64,000 nt of DNA from Polyangiales bacterium (GCA_038231275.1 JBBRLQ010000005.1:128001-192000); one strand, 5' to 3'; positions 30,390 through 41,400 are shown, numbered from the stretch's first letter. A program made the numbers and translations. Notes: a model not told the origin generated them from the sequence alone.

Positions 30390-32486
30390 TCAATCCCGCG
30401 CGATGAGCGTGCCGACGCCGCGGTCGGTGAAGAGCTCGGCGATGATCGAGTGCGGAGTGCGGCCGTCCAAGATGTGGACGCTGTCGACGCCGCCGTCGAG
30501 GGCAGCGAGCGCGGCGGTGGCCTTGGCGACCATGCCGCCCTTGATGGCGCCGCTCGCGATCTTCGCGCGGAGCTGGCTCGCGCGGATCTCGCTGATCAGC
30601 TCGCCGTTCTCGAGGATGCCGGCGACGTCGGTGAGGTAGATGAGCTTGCCGGCCTTGAGCGCGACGGCGATCGCAGCGGCGGCGGTGTCGGCGTTGATGT
30701 TGTAGGCCTGCCCGTCCTCGCCCATGCCGATGGGGGAGATGACCGGGACGTACGCCTTGCCGAGGAGCGTCTCGAGGAGCTCGGCGTCGACCGACTCGAC
30801 CTCGCCGACCATGCCGAGATCGCGGCCCTCGCGCGAGAGGAGCTTCTTCGCGCGGAGGAGACCGGCGTCTTTTCCGGAGAGCCCGACCGCCTTCGCGGTG
30901 CGCTGGTTCAAGAGCTGGACGAGCTCGGTGTTCACCTTGCCGGTGAGCACCATCTCGACGACCTTCACGTCTTCTGGACCGGTGATTCGCTGGCCGTCGA
31001 CGAACTCGCTGCGGCCGCTGCCGAGCTTCTCGAGCGTGTGTGTGATCTCAGGGCCGCCGCCGTGGACGACGATGGGGAGGAGGCCGGCCGAGCGGAGCAG
31101 GTTGATGTCGTTGGCGAAGGCGACCTTGAGCGAGTCCTTCACCATCGCCGCGCCGCCGTATTTGACGACCGCGCGCGTGCCTGCGAACTTCGAGATGTAG
31201 CTCAGCGCCTCGACGAGGAGCGCGCGCTTGAAGCCGGGGCTGTAGTTGGTGAGCCGGTCGTCCTTGGTGACGGTGCCGTCGGGCGCGGCGCTGGTGAGAC
31301 TCGTGTAGTCTGCATTGATCTTGACGTAGTCGTACGAGAGATCGCAGCCCCACGCGCGCGCGAGCGTCTTCGGATCCCCGGGGAACGCGACGTCGATGAG
31401 GATCGTCGGCTCGCGCATCTTCGCGCGGAGGGCCGCCGAGTCCATTCCGGTGGGCGCGCCGTTCGCGAAGACCTCGGAGCCTTGGATGGAGACGGTGGCG
31501 CGCATCGGCTCGGCGCCGAACTTCTGTGAGCCGTCCCGCGCGCCGACGGTGGCGAGGACGCGGCCCCAGTTGGGGTCGGCGCCGAACATCGCCGCCTTGA
31601 CGAGGCTCGAGCCGGCGATGGCGCGCGCAAAATCGCGGCCGATCTCCTCGCTCGTCGCGCCGCGTACGGTCACCTCGAGGAGCTTCGTCGCGCCTTCGCC
31701 GTCCTCGGCGATCGCACGCGCGAGATCGGTGCAAACGTCATGGATCGCGGCTTCGAAGAGCGCGAAGTCGGGGGTGCCTTCGAGGAGCTCGGGGTTCTGC
31801 GCGAGGCCGTTGGCGAGGGCGAAGACCGCGTCGTTGGTGCTCATGTCGTTGTCGACGGTGAGCATGTTGAACGAGCCGCCCATCGCGCGCACGAGCGCGG
31901 CCTGCAGCGCCGCGGGGCCGATGGCGGCGTCGGTCGTGATGAAACCGAGCATCGTCGCGAGCTCGGGGGCGATCATGCCGGAGCCCTTCGCGAACGCGGC
32001 GATGGTCACGTCCTTGCCGCCGAGGCGGAGCGAGCGACCCGAGAGCTTCACGCGGGTGTCGGTCGTGAGGATCGCCTCGGCGGCGAGCTCGATCGCCGCG
32101 CCGCGCGCCGAGACGAGCAGGGCAGCGCCATCCTCGAGCTTCTTGGTGGGCAGCCGCACGCCGATGACGCCCGTGGACGCGCACAAGACGCTGTCGCCGG
32201 GGACGCCGAGCGCTTTGCCCGCGGCGTCGGCCACCGCGCGCACGTCGCGCTCGCCCTCCGGTCCGACGAGCGCGTTCGCGTTGCCGCTGTTCACGACGAT
32301 GGCGCGGATGGTGGTGCTCGGCACGCGCGCGCGCGCGTCGACGATGGGGGCGGCGCACGCGGTGTTGACGGTGAAGCAGCCAGCGGTGGTGCACGGCGCC
32401 TCGCTGAACACGAGCGCCATGTCCTTGCGCGCCGCCTTGATGCCGCAGTTGATGCCGGCGTACGCGAAACCGAGGGGCGTCTTCAT
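30390..32486 (-). CDS. argJ-argB: Fused ornithine acetyltransferase ArgJ - acetylglutamate kinase ArgB
   Basis: ArgJ: NSGNANA, STGVIG, TTDT, KGSGMIAPELATML, STND, DGEGATK, WGCDLSYDYVKINADY. Then in frame ArgB: EALSYI, VVKYGG, VHGGGP, NINAD, TDVAG, GGMVAK, ELFTDRGVGT. Confidence 0.93.
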   Translation of the reverse strand: MKTPLGFAYAGINCGIKAARKDMALVFSEAPCTTAGCFTVNTACAAPIVDARARVPSTTIRAIVVNSGNANALVGPEGERDVRAVADAAGKALGVPGDSVLCASTGVIGVRLPTKKLEDGAALLVSARGAAIELAAEAILTTDTRVKLSGRSLRLGGKDVTIAAFAKGSGMIAPELATMLGFITTDAAIGPAALQAALVRAMGGSFNMLTVDNDMSTNDAVFALANGLAQNPELLEGTPDFALFEAAIHDVCTDLARAIAEDGEGATKLLEVTVRGATSEEIGRDFARAIAGSSLVKAAMFGADPNWGRVLATVGARDGSQKFGAEPMRATVSIQGSEVFANGAPTGMDSAALRAKMREPTILIDVAFPGDPKTLARAWGCDLSYDYVKINADYTSLTSAAPDGTVTKDDRLTNYSPGFKRALLVEALSYISKFAGTRAVVKYGGAAMVKDSLKVAFANDINLLRSAGLLPIVVHGGGPEITHTLEKLGSGRSEFVDGQRITGPEDVKVVEMVLTGKVNTELVQLLNQRTAKAVGLSGKDAGLLRAKKLLSREGRDLGMVGEVESVDAELLETLLGKAYVPVISPIGMGEDGQAYNINADTAAAAIAVALKAGKLIYLTDVAGILENGELISEIRASQLRAKIASGAIKGGMVAKATAALAALDGGVDSVHILDGRTPHSIIAELFTDRGVGTLIARD

Positions 32487-33508
32487 GGCATGATCCGCAT
32501 CAGGTGATCGAGGCCGAGGGTCTCGGGGAGATCGAAGAGGAGGTTCAGGTTCTGCACCGCCTGACCGGCGGCTCCCTTGAGCAGGTTGTCGATCGCCGCG
32601 ACGCTGACGACGACGTCGGCGTTGGCGGTCGCGCCGACGCGCGCGTGGTTGGTGCCGGTGACGCTCTTCAGCGTGGCCTCGGCTGGCGCGCACGCGTGGA
32701 CGAACGGCGTCTTCGCGTACGCGTCGGCCAGGCATTCGGCGACGCGCGCGGCCGTGGTGCCCGGCCGCGGGCGCGCGTAGCACGTCGTAAGGAGGCCGCG
32801 CTTCAACGGAAGAAGGTGCGCCGTGAACGTCACCGCGTTCGGCCGCGCGCCGACGCGCCCGAGCGCGCGCGCGATCTCCGGCGTGTGCTGGTGCGTGAGG
32901 ATCTTGTAAGCGCGCGCGTCCTCGTCGACCTCCGAGAACGAGTACTCCTCTTTTGCCTGCCGCCCAGCGCCGGTGACGCCGGACTTGCCGTCGACGACCA
33001 GCCCCGCCGGCTCCACGAGGCCCGCCTTCACGAGCGGCGCGAGCGCGAGGATCGCCGCCGTCGCGAAGCACCCGGGGTTGGCGACGAGCGCGCCCTTCGG
33101 CGGCGCACCGAAGATCTCCGGCAACCCGTAGTGCGCTTTCGCCAGCCATCCCGGCGCAGGGTGCTCGAGGCCGTACCAATGGGTGTAGTCTGCACCCGTC
33201 TCCAAGCGGAACGCGCCAGAGAGATCGACCACCGCGGTCCCTCGCTCGCCGAACGCCGGTCCGAGCACGGCGCTCACCTCGGCGCTCGTCGCCAGGAGCA
33301 CCGCGTCGCACGATTCACGCAGCTCGAGGGCCGCGCCGTTCGACGCGAACGCTCCGGCCACCGGGAGGAGCAGGTGATCGGCGATTGGCTTGCCGGCGAG
33401 CTTGTCGCTCGTCACCCACGCGAGCGAGAGCCCCGGGTGCGCAGCGACGAGGCGCGCCGCGACGCCCCCCGTGTACCCGGTCCCTCCGACGACTCCGACC
33501 CGCACCAT
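32483..33508 (-). CDS. argC: N-acetyl-gamma-glutamyl-phosphate reductase
   Basis: GGTGYTG, DLSGAFRL, ANPGCF, SGVTGAGR, HQHTPEI, DNLLKGAAGQAVQNLN. Confidence 0.96.
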   Translation of the reverse strand: MVRVGVVGGTGYTGGVAARLVAAHPGLSLAWVTSDKLAGKPIADHLLLPVAGAFASNGAALELRESCDAVLLATSAEVSAVLGPAFGERGTAVVDLSGAFRLETGADYTHWYGLEHPAPGWLAKAHYGLPEIFGAPPKGALVANPGCFATAAILALAPLVKAGLVEPAGLVVDGKSGVTGAGRQAKEEYSFSEVDEDARAYKILTHQHTPEIARALGRVGARPNAVTFTAHLLPLKRGLLTTCYARPRPGTTAARVAECLADAYAKTPFVHACAPAEATLKSVTGTNHARVGATANADVVVSVAAIDNLLKGAAGQAVQNLNLLFDLPETLGLDHLMRIMP

Positions 33509-33550
33509 CGGCGGCGCTTATAGCCCAGGCGGAAGGGCGGGGAAGCGATA

Positions 33551-34075
33551 TTAGAAGACCACTTCGGGGCGATCGAAGACGCTCCGGAGTAGGCCTTCGA
33601 GCAGGTCCGCCTCGGCGCGCGAGAAGGCGGCGACGTGCGGCGAGTCCAGGTCGAGAACGGCGCGGAGGAGGCCGCCCGCCACGACCGGCACGACGAGCTC
33701 GGAGCGGCTCCGCGCATCGCAGGCGATGTGGTCGGCGACCGCGTGCACGTCATCGACGAGCTGCACCTCGCGGGTGCTCGCGGCCTTGCCGCAGACTCCT
33801 CGCGCGAAGTCGATGCGGAGGCACCCCATCGATCCCTGATACGGCCCCACCGCGAGCGTCGTCTCGGCGATGCGCCGGTAGAAGCCGCAGAAGTTGGCGT
33901 GGGCGAACGTCTCCCAAAGCAGGCACGCGAGCGTCGCTTCGATCGCGACCGCGTCGGTCTCTCCCTCCACGGCCGCCGCGATGTAGCCGATCGCCTCCGA
34001 GAGACGCGCCACGCGCGCCGCCTCCGGCAACAAGACTTCGCGCTCCAGAGGAGGGAGGGGAATACCTTCGGCCAT
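33551..34075 (-). CDS. msrC: GAF protein, free methionine-(R)-sulfoxide reductase-like
   Basis: FCGFY, GPYQG..GC..I....GVCG, HIACDARSRSELVVP, LDLDS. Confidence 0.8.
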   Translation of the reverse strand: MAEGIPLPPLEREVLLPEAARVARLSEAIGYIAAAVEGETDAVAIEATLACLLWETFAHANFCGFYRRIAETTLAVGPYQGSMGCLRIDFARGVCGKAASTREVQLVDDVHAVADHIACDARSRSELVVPVVAGGLLRAVLDLDSPHVAAFSRAEADLLEGLLRSVFDRPEVVF

Positions 34076-34258
34076 CGCGCCCACGCTGGCGCGAACAATG
34101 GTCGCTGTAAAGACCTCGGCCCCTCTCCGCTGGGTCATGCGATCCCGGGACGTGCTTTGCGTAGCGGGCGAAGTGCCGCGGCCATGGCCAAATTCGGCCG
34201 AAAACGCGCGATGTAAGGTCACGTCGCACGCTGGCCCGTCGGTTGCTCTACGGCGATC

Positions 34259-35341
34259 ATGCTCGAACGCATCTCTCTCGCCGTCGCCGCCGCGCTGGTG
34301 CTCTCTCCCATTCTCGCCTGCGGAGGCCGCGAGGTCACCGACGGGCCTCCGAGCCCGGGCGCGCCCGAGATCGCGCTCGTTCCCGCGGCGTGCGAAGGAG
34401 CGCTGGAGACCATCGCCGAGCTCGATGGCATGGCCCTCGGCGGGCTCGCCGCGGCGCCGGATGGAACCTTGTTCTACTCCATCGCCAAGCCGACGGATGC
34501 CGCCGGCATCTACACCGTCCGCGCCGGCGGCGCCCCTTCGCGGATCTCGACCGAGATAGCGATCCTCCAGATTTTCGTCGATGGGCCGAGCCTCTTTCTC
34601 GTTGGCCCTCACGGGATCCGGAAGCTTCCGATCTCCGGCGGCGAGTCGACTCCCATCGCTACCCCCGCGCCGTCGACGTTCGTCAGGGCGGCTCGACTCG
34701 ACGCGACCTCCGCGTTCTACGTCACTCAACCCCTCATCACCGGACCGAGCCTGGGAGTGCCGTTTACCGTGAACCGGGTCTTGCTTCAGGGAGGCGAGCC
34801 CTCTGTGGTCTTCGCCTCCGACGAAGGGAAGCTCCGACCCGGCTCGCTCGTCTTGAACGGCGATGAGATCTTGATCGGCGGCAACGACTCGGGGATCTAC
34901 CACGCGCCAAAATCCGGTGGCTCGCCGGTGCTCCTCCACGAGAACGCGACGATGTCGTTGCTCGTCGCGTCGGGCGGAACCATCTTCTCGGATCGGTGGG
35001 AATCCGGGCTCCTCATCAGCACGAGCGACCCAAGCGCTCCGCCGACGTCCATCGGTTGGCCGCTCGGCAGCGCGCTCTCGTCCGGAGGGCCAGCGCTGAA
35101 CGTGGTCGCCGACGACGCATGGGCGTACATCGGATTCCAAATTTTCCAAAACGGTACGGCGCGCACGGCGATCGCACGCCTTCCCCGTGGCCACGAGTCG
35201 GTGAACGTCGGCGGATGCACGGTGCCGGGCACACAGGACCTCGAGCTCGATGAAGGAATGGCGCTCGACGCGTCCTACGTCAACATCATGCTGACCGATC
35301 CCATTCGGCCGCACTCGCGCATCGTGCGGATGGTGCGCTGA
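34259..35341 (+). CDS. Hypothetical lipoprotein, probable beta-propeller
   Basis: Lipobox ILAC; repeated I...P.SGG and LDA..(Y/F) blade-like units. Confidence 0.7.
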   Translation: MLERISLAVAAALVLSPILACGGREVTDGPPSPGAPEIALVPAACEGALETIAELDGMALGGLAAAPDGTLFYSIAKPTDAAGIYTVRAGGAPSRISTEIAILQIFVDGPSLFLVGPHGIRKLPISGGESTPIATPAPSTFVRAARLDATSAFYVTQPLITGPSLGVPFTVNRVLLQGGEPSVVFASDEGKLRPGSLVLNGDEILIGGNDSGIYHAPKSGGSPVLLHENATMSLLVASGGTIFSDRWESGLLISTSDPSAPPTSIGWPLGSALSSGGPALNVVADDAWAYIGFQIFQNGTARTAIARLPRGHESVNVGGCTVPGTQDLELDEGMALDASYVNIMLTDPIRPHSRIVRMVR

Positions 35342-35365
35342 AACGGACCCTCGACGAAACCTCGC

Positions 35366-35569
35366 TTACTCGCCGGACTCGATCGGCGGCGGCGGGAAGC
35401 TCGATTGCAGCCGTGCGCGAAGGCGCTCGGTGGAGGCGCGCAGGCGCTGGACGCTCTGGCGCAGCTCGTTGGTTCGCCCGCTGAGCCGACGCCGTCGCCG
35501 CTCCAGCCGATCCGTCGTCGCCTGGAGCTCCGCCGTAAGCTCGGCGTTGTCCTTGTCGGCGGGGATCAT
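35366..35569 (-). CDS. Small coiled-coil protein (67 aa)
   Basis: Leu heptads LTAELQATTDRLERRRRRL..LRQSVQRLRASTERL, ending SFPPPP; GGGAG upstream. Confidence 0.5.
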   Translation of the reverse strand: MIPADKDNAELTAELQATTDRLERRRRRLSGRTNELRQSVQRLRASTERLRARLQSSFPPPPIESGE

Positions 35570-35584
35570 GGCTCCCCCCATAGT

Positions 35585-35599
35585 GCAACTGGCGCTCCA
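35585..35599 (-). promoter_or_regulatory. Candidate sigma54 promoter
   Basis: TGGAGCGCCAGTTGC, 16 nt upstream of ATG 35569. Confidence 0.45.
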
Positions 35600-35727
35600 T
35601 CCGCCGGCCTCGCGTCCGCCAAGGGCAGAATCCTGTAGTTTCAACCTTCCCTCGCACCTTTGGCGCGCCCGAACTTGGCCTTGGTCCGGATCGCCGCTAG
35701 TCCATGGGGAGGGCTCCACGCCTCACC

Positions 35728-37170
35728 ATGTTGCTTCCCGACCCCCGCCTTTTCGTGGCCTCGACGTCGCACGAAGGGGGACCTTTCCTCGACGTTCACG
35801 ACCCTTGGTCAGGGGAGCGGCTCGCGCAGGTGACGATGGCCGATCGCGCCCGCGCCGAAGAGGCGACGAGCGCGGCAGTTCGTGCGTTCGAGCGGACGCG
35901 CGCGATGAGCAGCCACGCCCGTCGTGAGCTTCTTCGACGGGTCGCGCGCGGGCTCGAGGCGCGCAAGGACGGGCTCGCGGATCTCATCGCGCGGGAGGCG
36001 GGCAAGCCGCTGCCCCTCGCGCGTAGTGAGGTCGCGCGCGCGATCGCGACGTTCGAGCTCGGCGCGGAAGAAGCGACGCGCGTGGGCGGCGAGGTCATGC
36101 CGCTCGACGTGACCGCGCCTTCGCAGGGCTACCGCGGCGAGTGGACGCGCGTCCCCGCGGGGCCCGTCATCGCGCTGTCGCCGTTCAATTTTCCGCTCAA
36201 CCTCGTCGCGCACAAGATCGCGCCGGCGCTCGCGTGCGGTTGTTCGATCGTGCTGAAGCCCGCGCCGCAAGCGCCGCTGACCGCGCTCGCGCTCGGCGAG
36301 ATCTTGCGCGAGGCCGACATGCCGGACGACGCGGTGCAAATCGTGCCGTGCCCGGTCGACGTCGCCGAGGCGATGGTCAAAGACGATCGCTTCGCCACGC
36401 TGTCGTTCACGGGAAGCGCCAAGGTCGGCTGGTACCTCAAGTCGATCGCCGGCAAGAAGCGGGTGCTCCTCGAGCTCGGCGGCAACGCAGCGGCGATCGT
36501 GCACGAAGACGCTCCGGAGCGCGCCGCCGCCGCCGTCGTCGCCAGCGCGTTCGGCTACGCGGGGCAGGTGTGCATCAAGACGCAACGCCTCTACCTCCAT
36601 CGCCCGATCGCCGACGCGTTCTTGGCCGACCTCGTCCACCGCGCGCGCAGCCTCCATCCAGAGGAGCCGCGCCTCGCGAAGGGCATCCTCGGGCCGCTCA
36701 TCGACGAAGCAAACGCGCGGCGCGTCGAGTCGTGGGTGCAAGAGGCGCGCGACGCCGGCGCCGACGTCCTCATCGGCGGTACTCGCGACGGCGCGCGCCA
36801 CGCCGCGACGGTGATCGGGATCGAGGGCGACGGTCGCGGCCTCGACGTCGTCGACGAAGAGGTGTTCGGCCCGGTCCTCACCGTTCACGTCTACGACACC
36901 TGGGACGACGCGCTCGCGATGGCGGACGGCACGCGCTACGGCCTCCAAGCGGGCGTCTTCACCGACTCGCACGCGCGCATCCGCGAGGCCTTCGAGCGCC
37001 TGCACGTCGGTGGCCTCATCGTGAACGACACGGCGACGTTCCGCGTCGACGCGATGCCCTACGGCGGAACGCGCGACTCCGGTCTCGGCCGCGAGGGCGT
37101 GCGCTTCGCGATCGAGGAGATGACCGAGCGAAAGATGCTGGTCTCGTACGGCGCGCCGCGCGGCGGCTGA
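35728..37170 (+). CDS. Aldehyde dehydrogenase family protein
   Basis: PFNFP, LKP, FTGS, LELGGN, GQVCI, EEVFGPV, MPYGG..SG.GREG. Confidence 0.94.
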   Translation: MLLPDPRLFVASTSHEGGPFLDVHDPWSGERLAQVTMADRARAEEATSAAVRAFERTRAMSSHARRELLRRVARGLEARKDGLADLIAREAGKPLPLARSEVARAIATFELGAEEATRVGGEVMPLDVTAPSQGYRGEWTRVPAGPVIALSPFNFPLNLVAHKIAPALACGCSIVLKPAPQAPLTALALGEILREADMPDDAVQIVPCPVDVAEAMVKDDRFATLSFTGSAKVGWYLKSIAGKKRVLLELGGNAAAIVHEDAPERAAAAVVASAFGYAGQVCIKTQRLYLHRPIADAFLADLVHRARSLHPEEPRLAKGILGPLIDEANARRVESWVQEARDAGADVLIGGTRDGARHAATVIGIEGDGRGLDVVDEEVFGPVLTVHVYDTWDDALAMADGTRYGLQAGVFTDSHARIREAFERLHVGGLIVNDTATFRVDAMPYGGTRDSGLGREGVRFAIEEMTERKMLVSYGAPRGG

Positions 37171-37179
37171 TCGCGGCGA

Positions 37180-38439
37180 CTACGGGGTCGCGACCTCGAC
37201 GGCACGGCCCTCGACGACGTCGACGTTCGGGAGCTTCACGATGCGCGTCGTCTCGTCCACGCCGCTGGCGATCTCGATCTCCTTGCCGGTGTCGCGCTCG
37301 ATGGTGACCGAAACGAAGTGCACCGTCCCCTCCGCGGTGACGGTCGCGACGCGAAGGCCCTTGGCGTCGTCGATCAGCGCGGTGCCGGGGATCCCGTAGA
37401 CCTTGTGCGGGACCGAGAGGGACAGCGCGACTTGCGCGTACATGCCGGAGAGCAGCTCGCCCTTCGGGTTGGGGACGCGTACCTCCGTCGTCATCGTGCG
37501 AGTCGTGGCGTCGAGCGAGCCGGCGGAGCGCGTGACCTTGCCTTCGAAGTTGCGACCGCCGAACTCGCGGATCGTGACCTGTGCGGGAACGTCGAGCTTC
37601 ACGGCGTTCGCGACGTCCTGCGGGATCTGAACGTAGACGCGCACCGTGTCGGTGTTCGCGACCTTGAAGAGCGGGCTCGTGTTGCCAGCCGTGACGAGCG
37701 CGCCCCGCTCGACGCTGCGGAGGGTCACCCGACCGGAGAACGGCGCGACGACGTGCGCGAACGACTTGAGCCGCATGAGTCGCTGGATGTTCGCGCGCTG
37801 CGCGTCTGCGTTCGCTCGCGCGACGGCGATGTTCGCCTCGTCGACCTTCGCCTGCGCGCCCTTCTGCTCGAGGTCCTGTTCGCTGGCGAGGCCCGCCGGC
37901 GTGAGGCGCTTGTAGCGCTCGAGGTTCTGCTGCGAGAAGACGGCGTTCGCTTGCGCCTGCAGGATCATCGCTTCGGTCTGCGCGAGCTGCGCCTTGGCCT
38001 GGACGAGCTCCTGCTCGAGCTCGGGGGTGTCGATCTCGGCGAGGACGTCTCCCTCCTTCACCTTGTCGCCCAGGTCGAACGCCCAGCTGCGCACGTAGCC
38101 GCTCGCGCGCGGGTACAGCACCGTCTCCTCGAGCGGCTGCACGCTGCCGGGCAGGCTGATGGAGCGATCGCTCGTGCTCGCCTTGGGCTGCACGATGACG
38201 ACGCGCAGCTGCGCGCCCAGGCTGGACTGCGACTCGCTCTCCAGGGCCGCGCGCGCCTGACGCTTGGGGAGCCACCCGACGAAGAACGCGCCACCGATGA
38301 CCACCGCGGCCACCAGCATCAAGGCCATCGCGCGCGCGGGCGTGAACGTGGCGGGCGCGGGCAGCTCGAAGCCGAGGTCGTCGCCTCCACCGCCTCTGGC
38401 CGGTGCCTTCTCCTTGGGCTCGTTCGTTTCGCTCGTCAT
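37180..38439 (-). CDS. RND efflux periplasmic adaptor (membrane fusion protein)
   Basis: N-terminal TM, RASGYV...D.GD.VKEG..LAEID, APFSG, TRTM..E. Confidence 0.93.
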   Translation of the reverse strand: MTSETNEPKEKAPARGGGGDDLGFELPAPATFTPARAMALMLVAAVVIGGAFFVGWLPKRQARAALESESQSSLGAQLRVVIVQPKASTSDRSISLPGSVQPLEETVLYPRASGYVRSWAFDLGDKVKEGDVLAEIDTPELEQELVQAKAQLAQTEAMILQAQANAVFSQQNLERYKRLTPAGLASEQDLEQKGAQAKVDEANIAVARANADAQRANIQRLMRLKSFAHVVAPFSGRVTLRSVERGALVTAGNTSPLFKVANTDTVRVYVQIPQDVANAVKLDVPAQVTIREFGGRNFEGKVTRSAGSLDATTRTMTTEVRVPNPKGELLSGMYAQVALSLSVPHKVYGIPGTALIDDAKGLRVATVTAEGTVHFVSVTIERDTGKEIEIASGVDETTRIVKLPNVDVVEGRAVEVATP

Positions 38440-41400
38440 GTCGCGATCGCCTCCAGCTCCGGGTCCTCTGCGGGCGCCTTGCGCCTGAGGATGCCGTACA
38501 TCACCGGCACGAAAAACAGGGTCATGAACGTCGCCAGCGCGAGGCCGCCGATGACGGCGCGGCCGAGCGGTGCATTTTGCTCGCCGCCCTCGCCGAGCCC
38601 GAGCGACATGGGCAGCATACCGATCATCATCGCGAGCGCGGTCATGATCACCGGGCGGAGGCGCGTCATGCCCGCGGCGAGCGCGGCCTCGCGCGCATCG
38701 CGGCCGTACGCGCGCTGCTCGTTGGCGAACGTGACGACGAGGATGCTGTTGCTGGTCGCGACGCCGACGCACATGATCGAGCCCATCAGCGCCGGCACGC
38801 TCAGGGTGGTCCCCGTGAGGAACAGCATCCACGCGATGCCGGCGATCGCGCCGGGCAGCGCCATCAGGATGATGAAGGGGTCGAGCCACGACTGGAAGTT
38901 CACGACCATGAGCAGGTAGACGAGGAGCACCGCGAAGAAGAGGCCGATGAGCAGGCCGCGGAACGACGACTCCATGCTCTCGACCTGCCCCTTCACGCGC
39001 AGGGTCGTGCCGCGCGGGAGCTCGGGCCCCATGGCGTCGACGATCTTGTGGACGGCGGTCGCCACGGAGCCGAGGTCCGTGCCGTCGACGTTGGCTTGCA
39101 CGTCGAAGGTACGCGCCGCGTTGTAGTGCGTGATGTTCACCGGCCCGGTGATGCGGGAGATCGTCGCGACGTTCGCCAAGAGCGCCGGAACGCCGAGCTC
39201 ACCGCGCGACAGCGGCGTGTTCTGCAGCGCCGCCATCGTGCCGTTGTCGTACTGCGGGGTCTGGATCGCGATCGGGTACTGCACGCCGAACTTGCCATCG
39301 AGCCAGTACGATGGCGACACCTGCGCGCTCGACGACAGCGAGGTGAGCAGATCGCTCGCGACGTCGCGCTGCGAGAGGCCCGCTTGCTGCGCCATCGTGC
39401 GGTCCACGTCGATGCGCAGCTCGGGCTGGGCGGAGACCTGGGCGAGGTGCACGTCGGCCGCGCCGGGGATGCGCTTAACCCGCGCCGCGATCGTGCGTGC
39501 GACTTCGAGCGTCTTGTCTTCGTTGCCGGGCGCGCCGGTGACCATCACGTCGATCGGCGCAGCGATTCCGAAGTTGAGCACCTGGGTCGAGATGTCCGGC
39601 GCGAGGAAGAAGAAGGTGGTGTCGGGGTATTTCGCGTTCAGCGTCTTTCGCAGCGCGCGCACGTAGTCGGCGGTCGGCGCGTGCTCGGGCTTGAGGGAGA
39701 TGAAGATCTGCCCGTCGGACGCCGAGATCTGCGCGCCTTCGCTGAGCGAGAGGTTGATGCCGCTGTAGGGGATGCCGATGTTGTCGAGCATCGTCCCGAT
39801 CTCGCCCTTGGGGATGACCGTGCGGATCGTCTTCTCGATGTCGGCGAAGCGCTTCTCGGTCTCCTCGATGCGGACGCCGGGGGCGCCGCGTACGTGCAGC
39901 TTGATGAGACCGGCATCGACCGTCGGGAAGAAGTCGCGCCCGAGCATCGGCCCGAGCCCGAGGGAGAGGACCGCAAAGCCGAACAACGTGCTCGCCGCGC
40001 GCCGCGGCCGCGACAGGGCCCACGCGAGGAGGCTGCCGTACGCGATGCGGAGCCCGTTGAAGCCGCGCTCAAACGCCGCGTTGAAACGCCCGAAGAAGCC
40101 CTTGGACGGCGCCGCCTGGCCGTCGTGCCCGTGCACCTCCTTCGCGAGCAGGAAGCGCACCATCGTCGGCACCAGCGTGCGCGACAGGAGGTACGACGTG
40201 ATCATCGCGAAGACGACTGCCAACGCGAGCGGGATGAAGAGGGACTTCGCCGCGCCGGTGATGAACGCGACCGGCACGAAGACGATGCAGATGCACAGCG
40301 TCGACACGAACGCCGGCACCGCGATCTGCTGTGCGCCGTCGAGGATGGCGTTCACCAGCGTCTTTTTCTGCGCGAGGTTGCGGTGGATGTTCTCGATCTC
40401 GACCGTCGCGTCGTCGACGAGGATGCCGACAGCCAGCGCCATGCCTCCGAGCGTCATGACGTTGAGCGTCTGCCCCAGCGCGTAGAGCACGACGATCGAG
40501 ACGAGGATCGACAGCGGGATCGACACGATCACTACGAGCGTCGCGCGCCAGCTGCGGAGGAAGAGGAGGATCATGAGCGCGGTGAGGCCGGCAGCGATGA
40601 GCGCCTCCTTCACGACGCCATCGATCGCGGCGCGCACGAAGAGCGATTGGTCGAAGAGCGTGCTGAGCTTGAGCTCCTTGGGAAGCCGGGCGGCCGTCGC
40701 CGAGAGCAGGGCCTTGATACCGGCGACGACGTCGAGCGTGCTCGCGCTGCCGTTCTTCATGACCGACAGGAGCACGCTGCGGCGGCCCTCGACGTGGACC
40801 ATGTTCGTTTGCGGCGCGTAGCCGTCGCGCACGCTGGCGACGTCGCGGATGTAGACCGTCGTGCCCTTTACGGTTTTTATCGGTAAATTCGCGAGATCCG
40901 CGAGGGCGGTGGGGCTCGAGTTCGTGAGCACCGGGTACTCGTTTACCCCCATCTTGGCGGTGCCGGTCGGCATGATCACGTTCTCGGCGAGGACCGCGGC
41001 GGTGACGTCGCGCGGCGACAGACCCCACGCGAAGAGGCGCGACGGGTCGATGTCGACCATGACCTGCCGCATCTTGCCGCCGTACGGCCACGGGATCTGC
41101 GTCCCCGAGACCGTCGCCGCGTCGGCGCGTACGTAGTTGGTCGCGTAGTCGAAGAGCTGCTGCTCGCTGAGCGAGTCGCTCTCCAGCGCCATCTGCAGGA
41201 TGGGCACGTTCGACGCGCTGTACCGGATGATGAACGGCGGCGTCGCGCCGGGGGGCATCAGCTTCACGACCGATTGGGAGATCGCGGTGACCTGCGCCGT
41301 GGCCGCCTCGATGCGCGCGCCGGGGTGGAAGTAGATCTTCACGATCGCCAGCCCGGTCAACGACTGACTGTCGATGTGCTCGATGTCGTTGACCGTCGTC

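Noticed and set aside
32487-33311. N-terminal extension of the 973-aa ORF as a triple ArgC-ArgJ-ArgB fusion
   Set aside because: The extension is an off-frame read of argC; argC has its own stop, overlapping the argJ ATG by 4 nt
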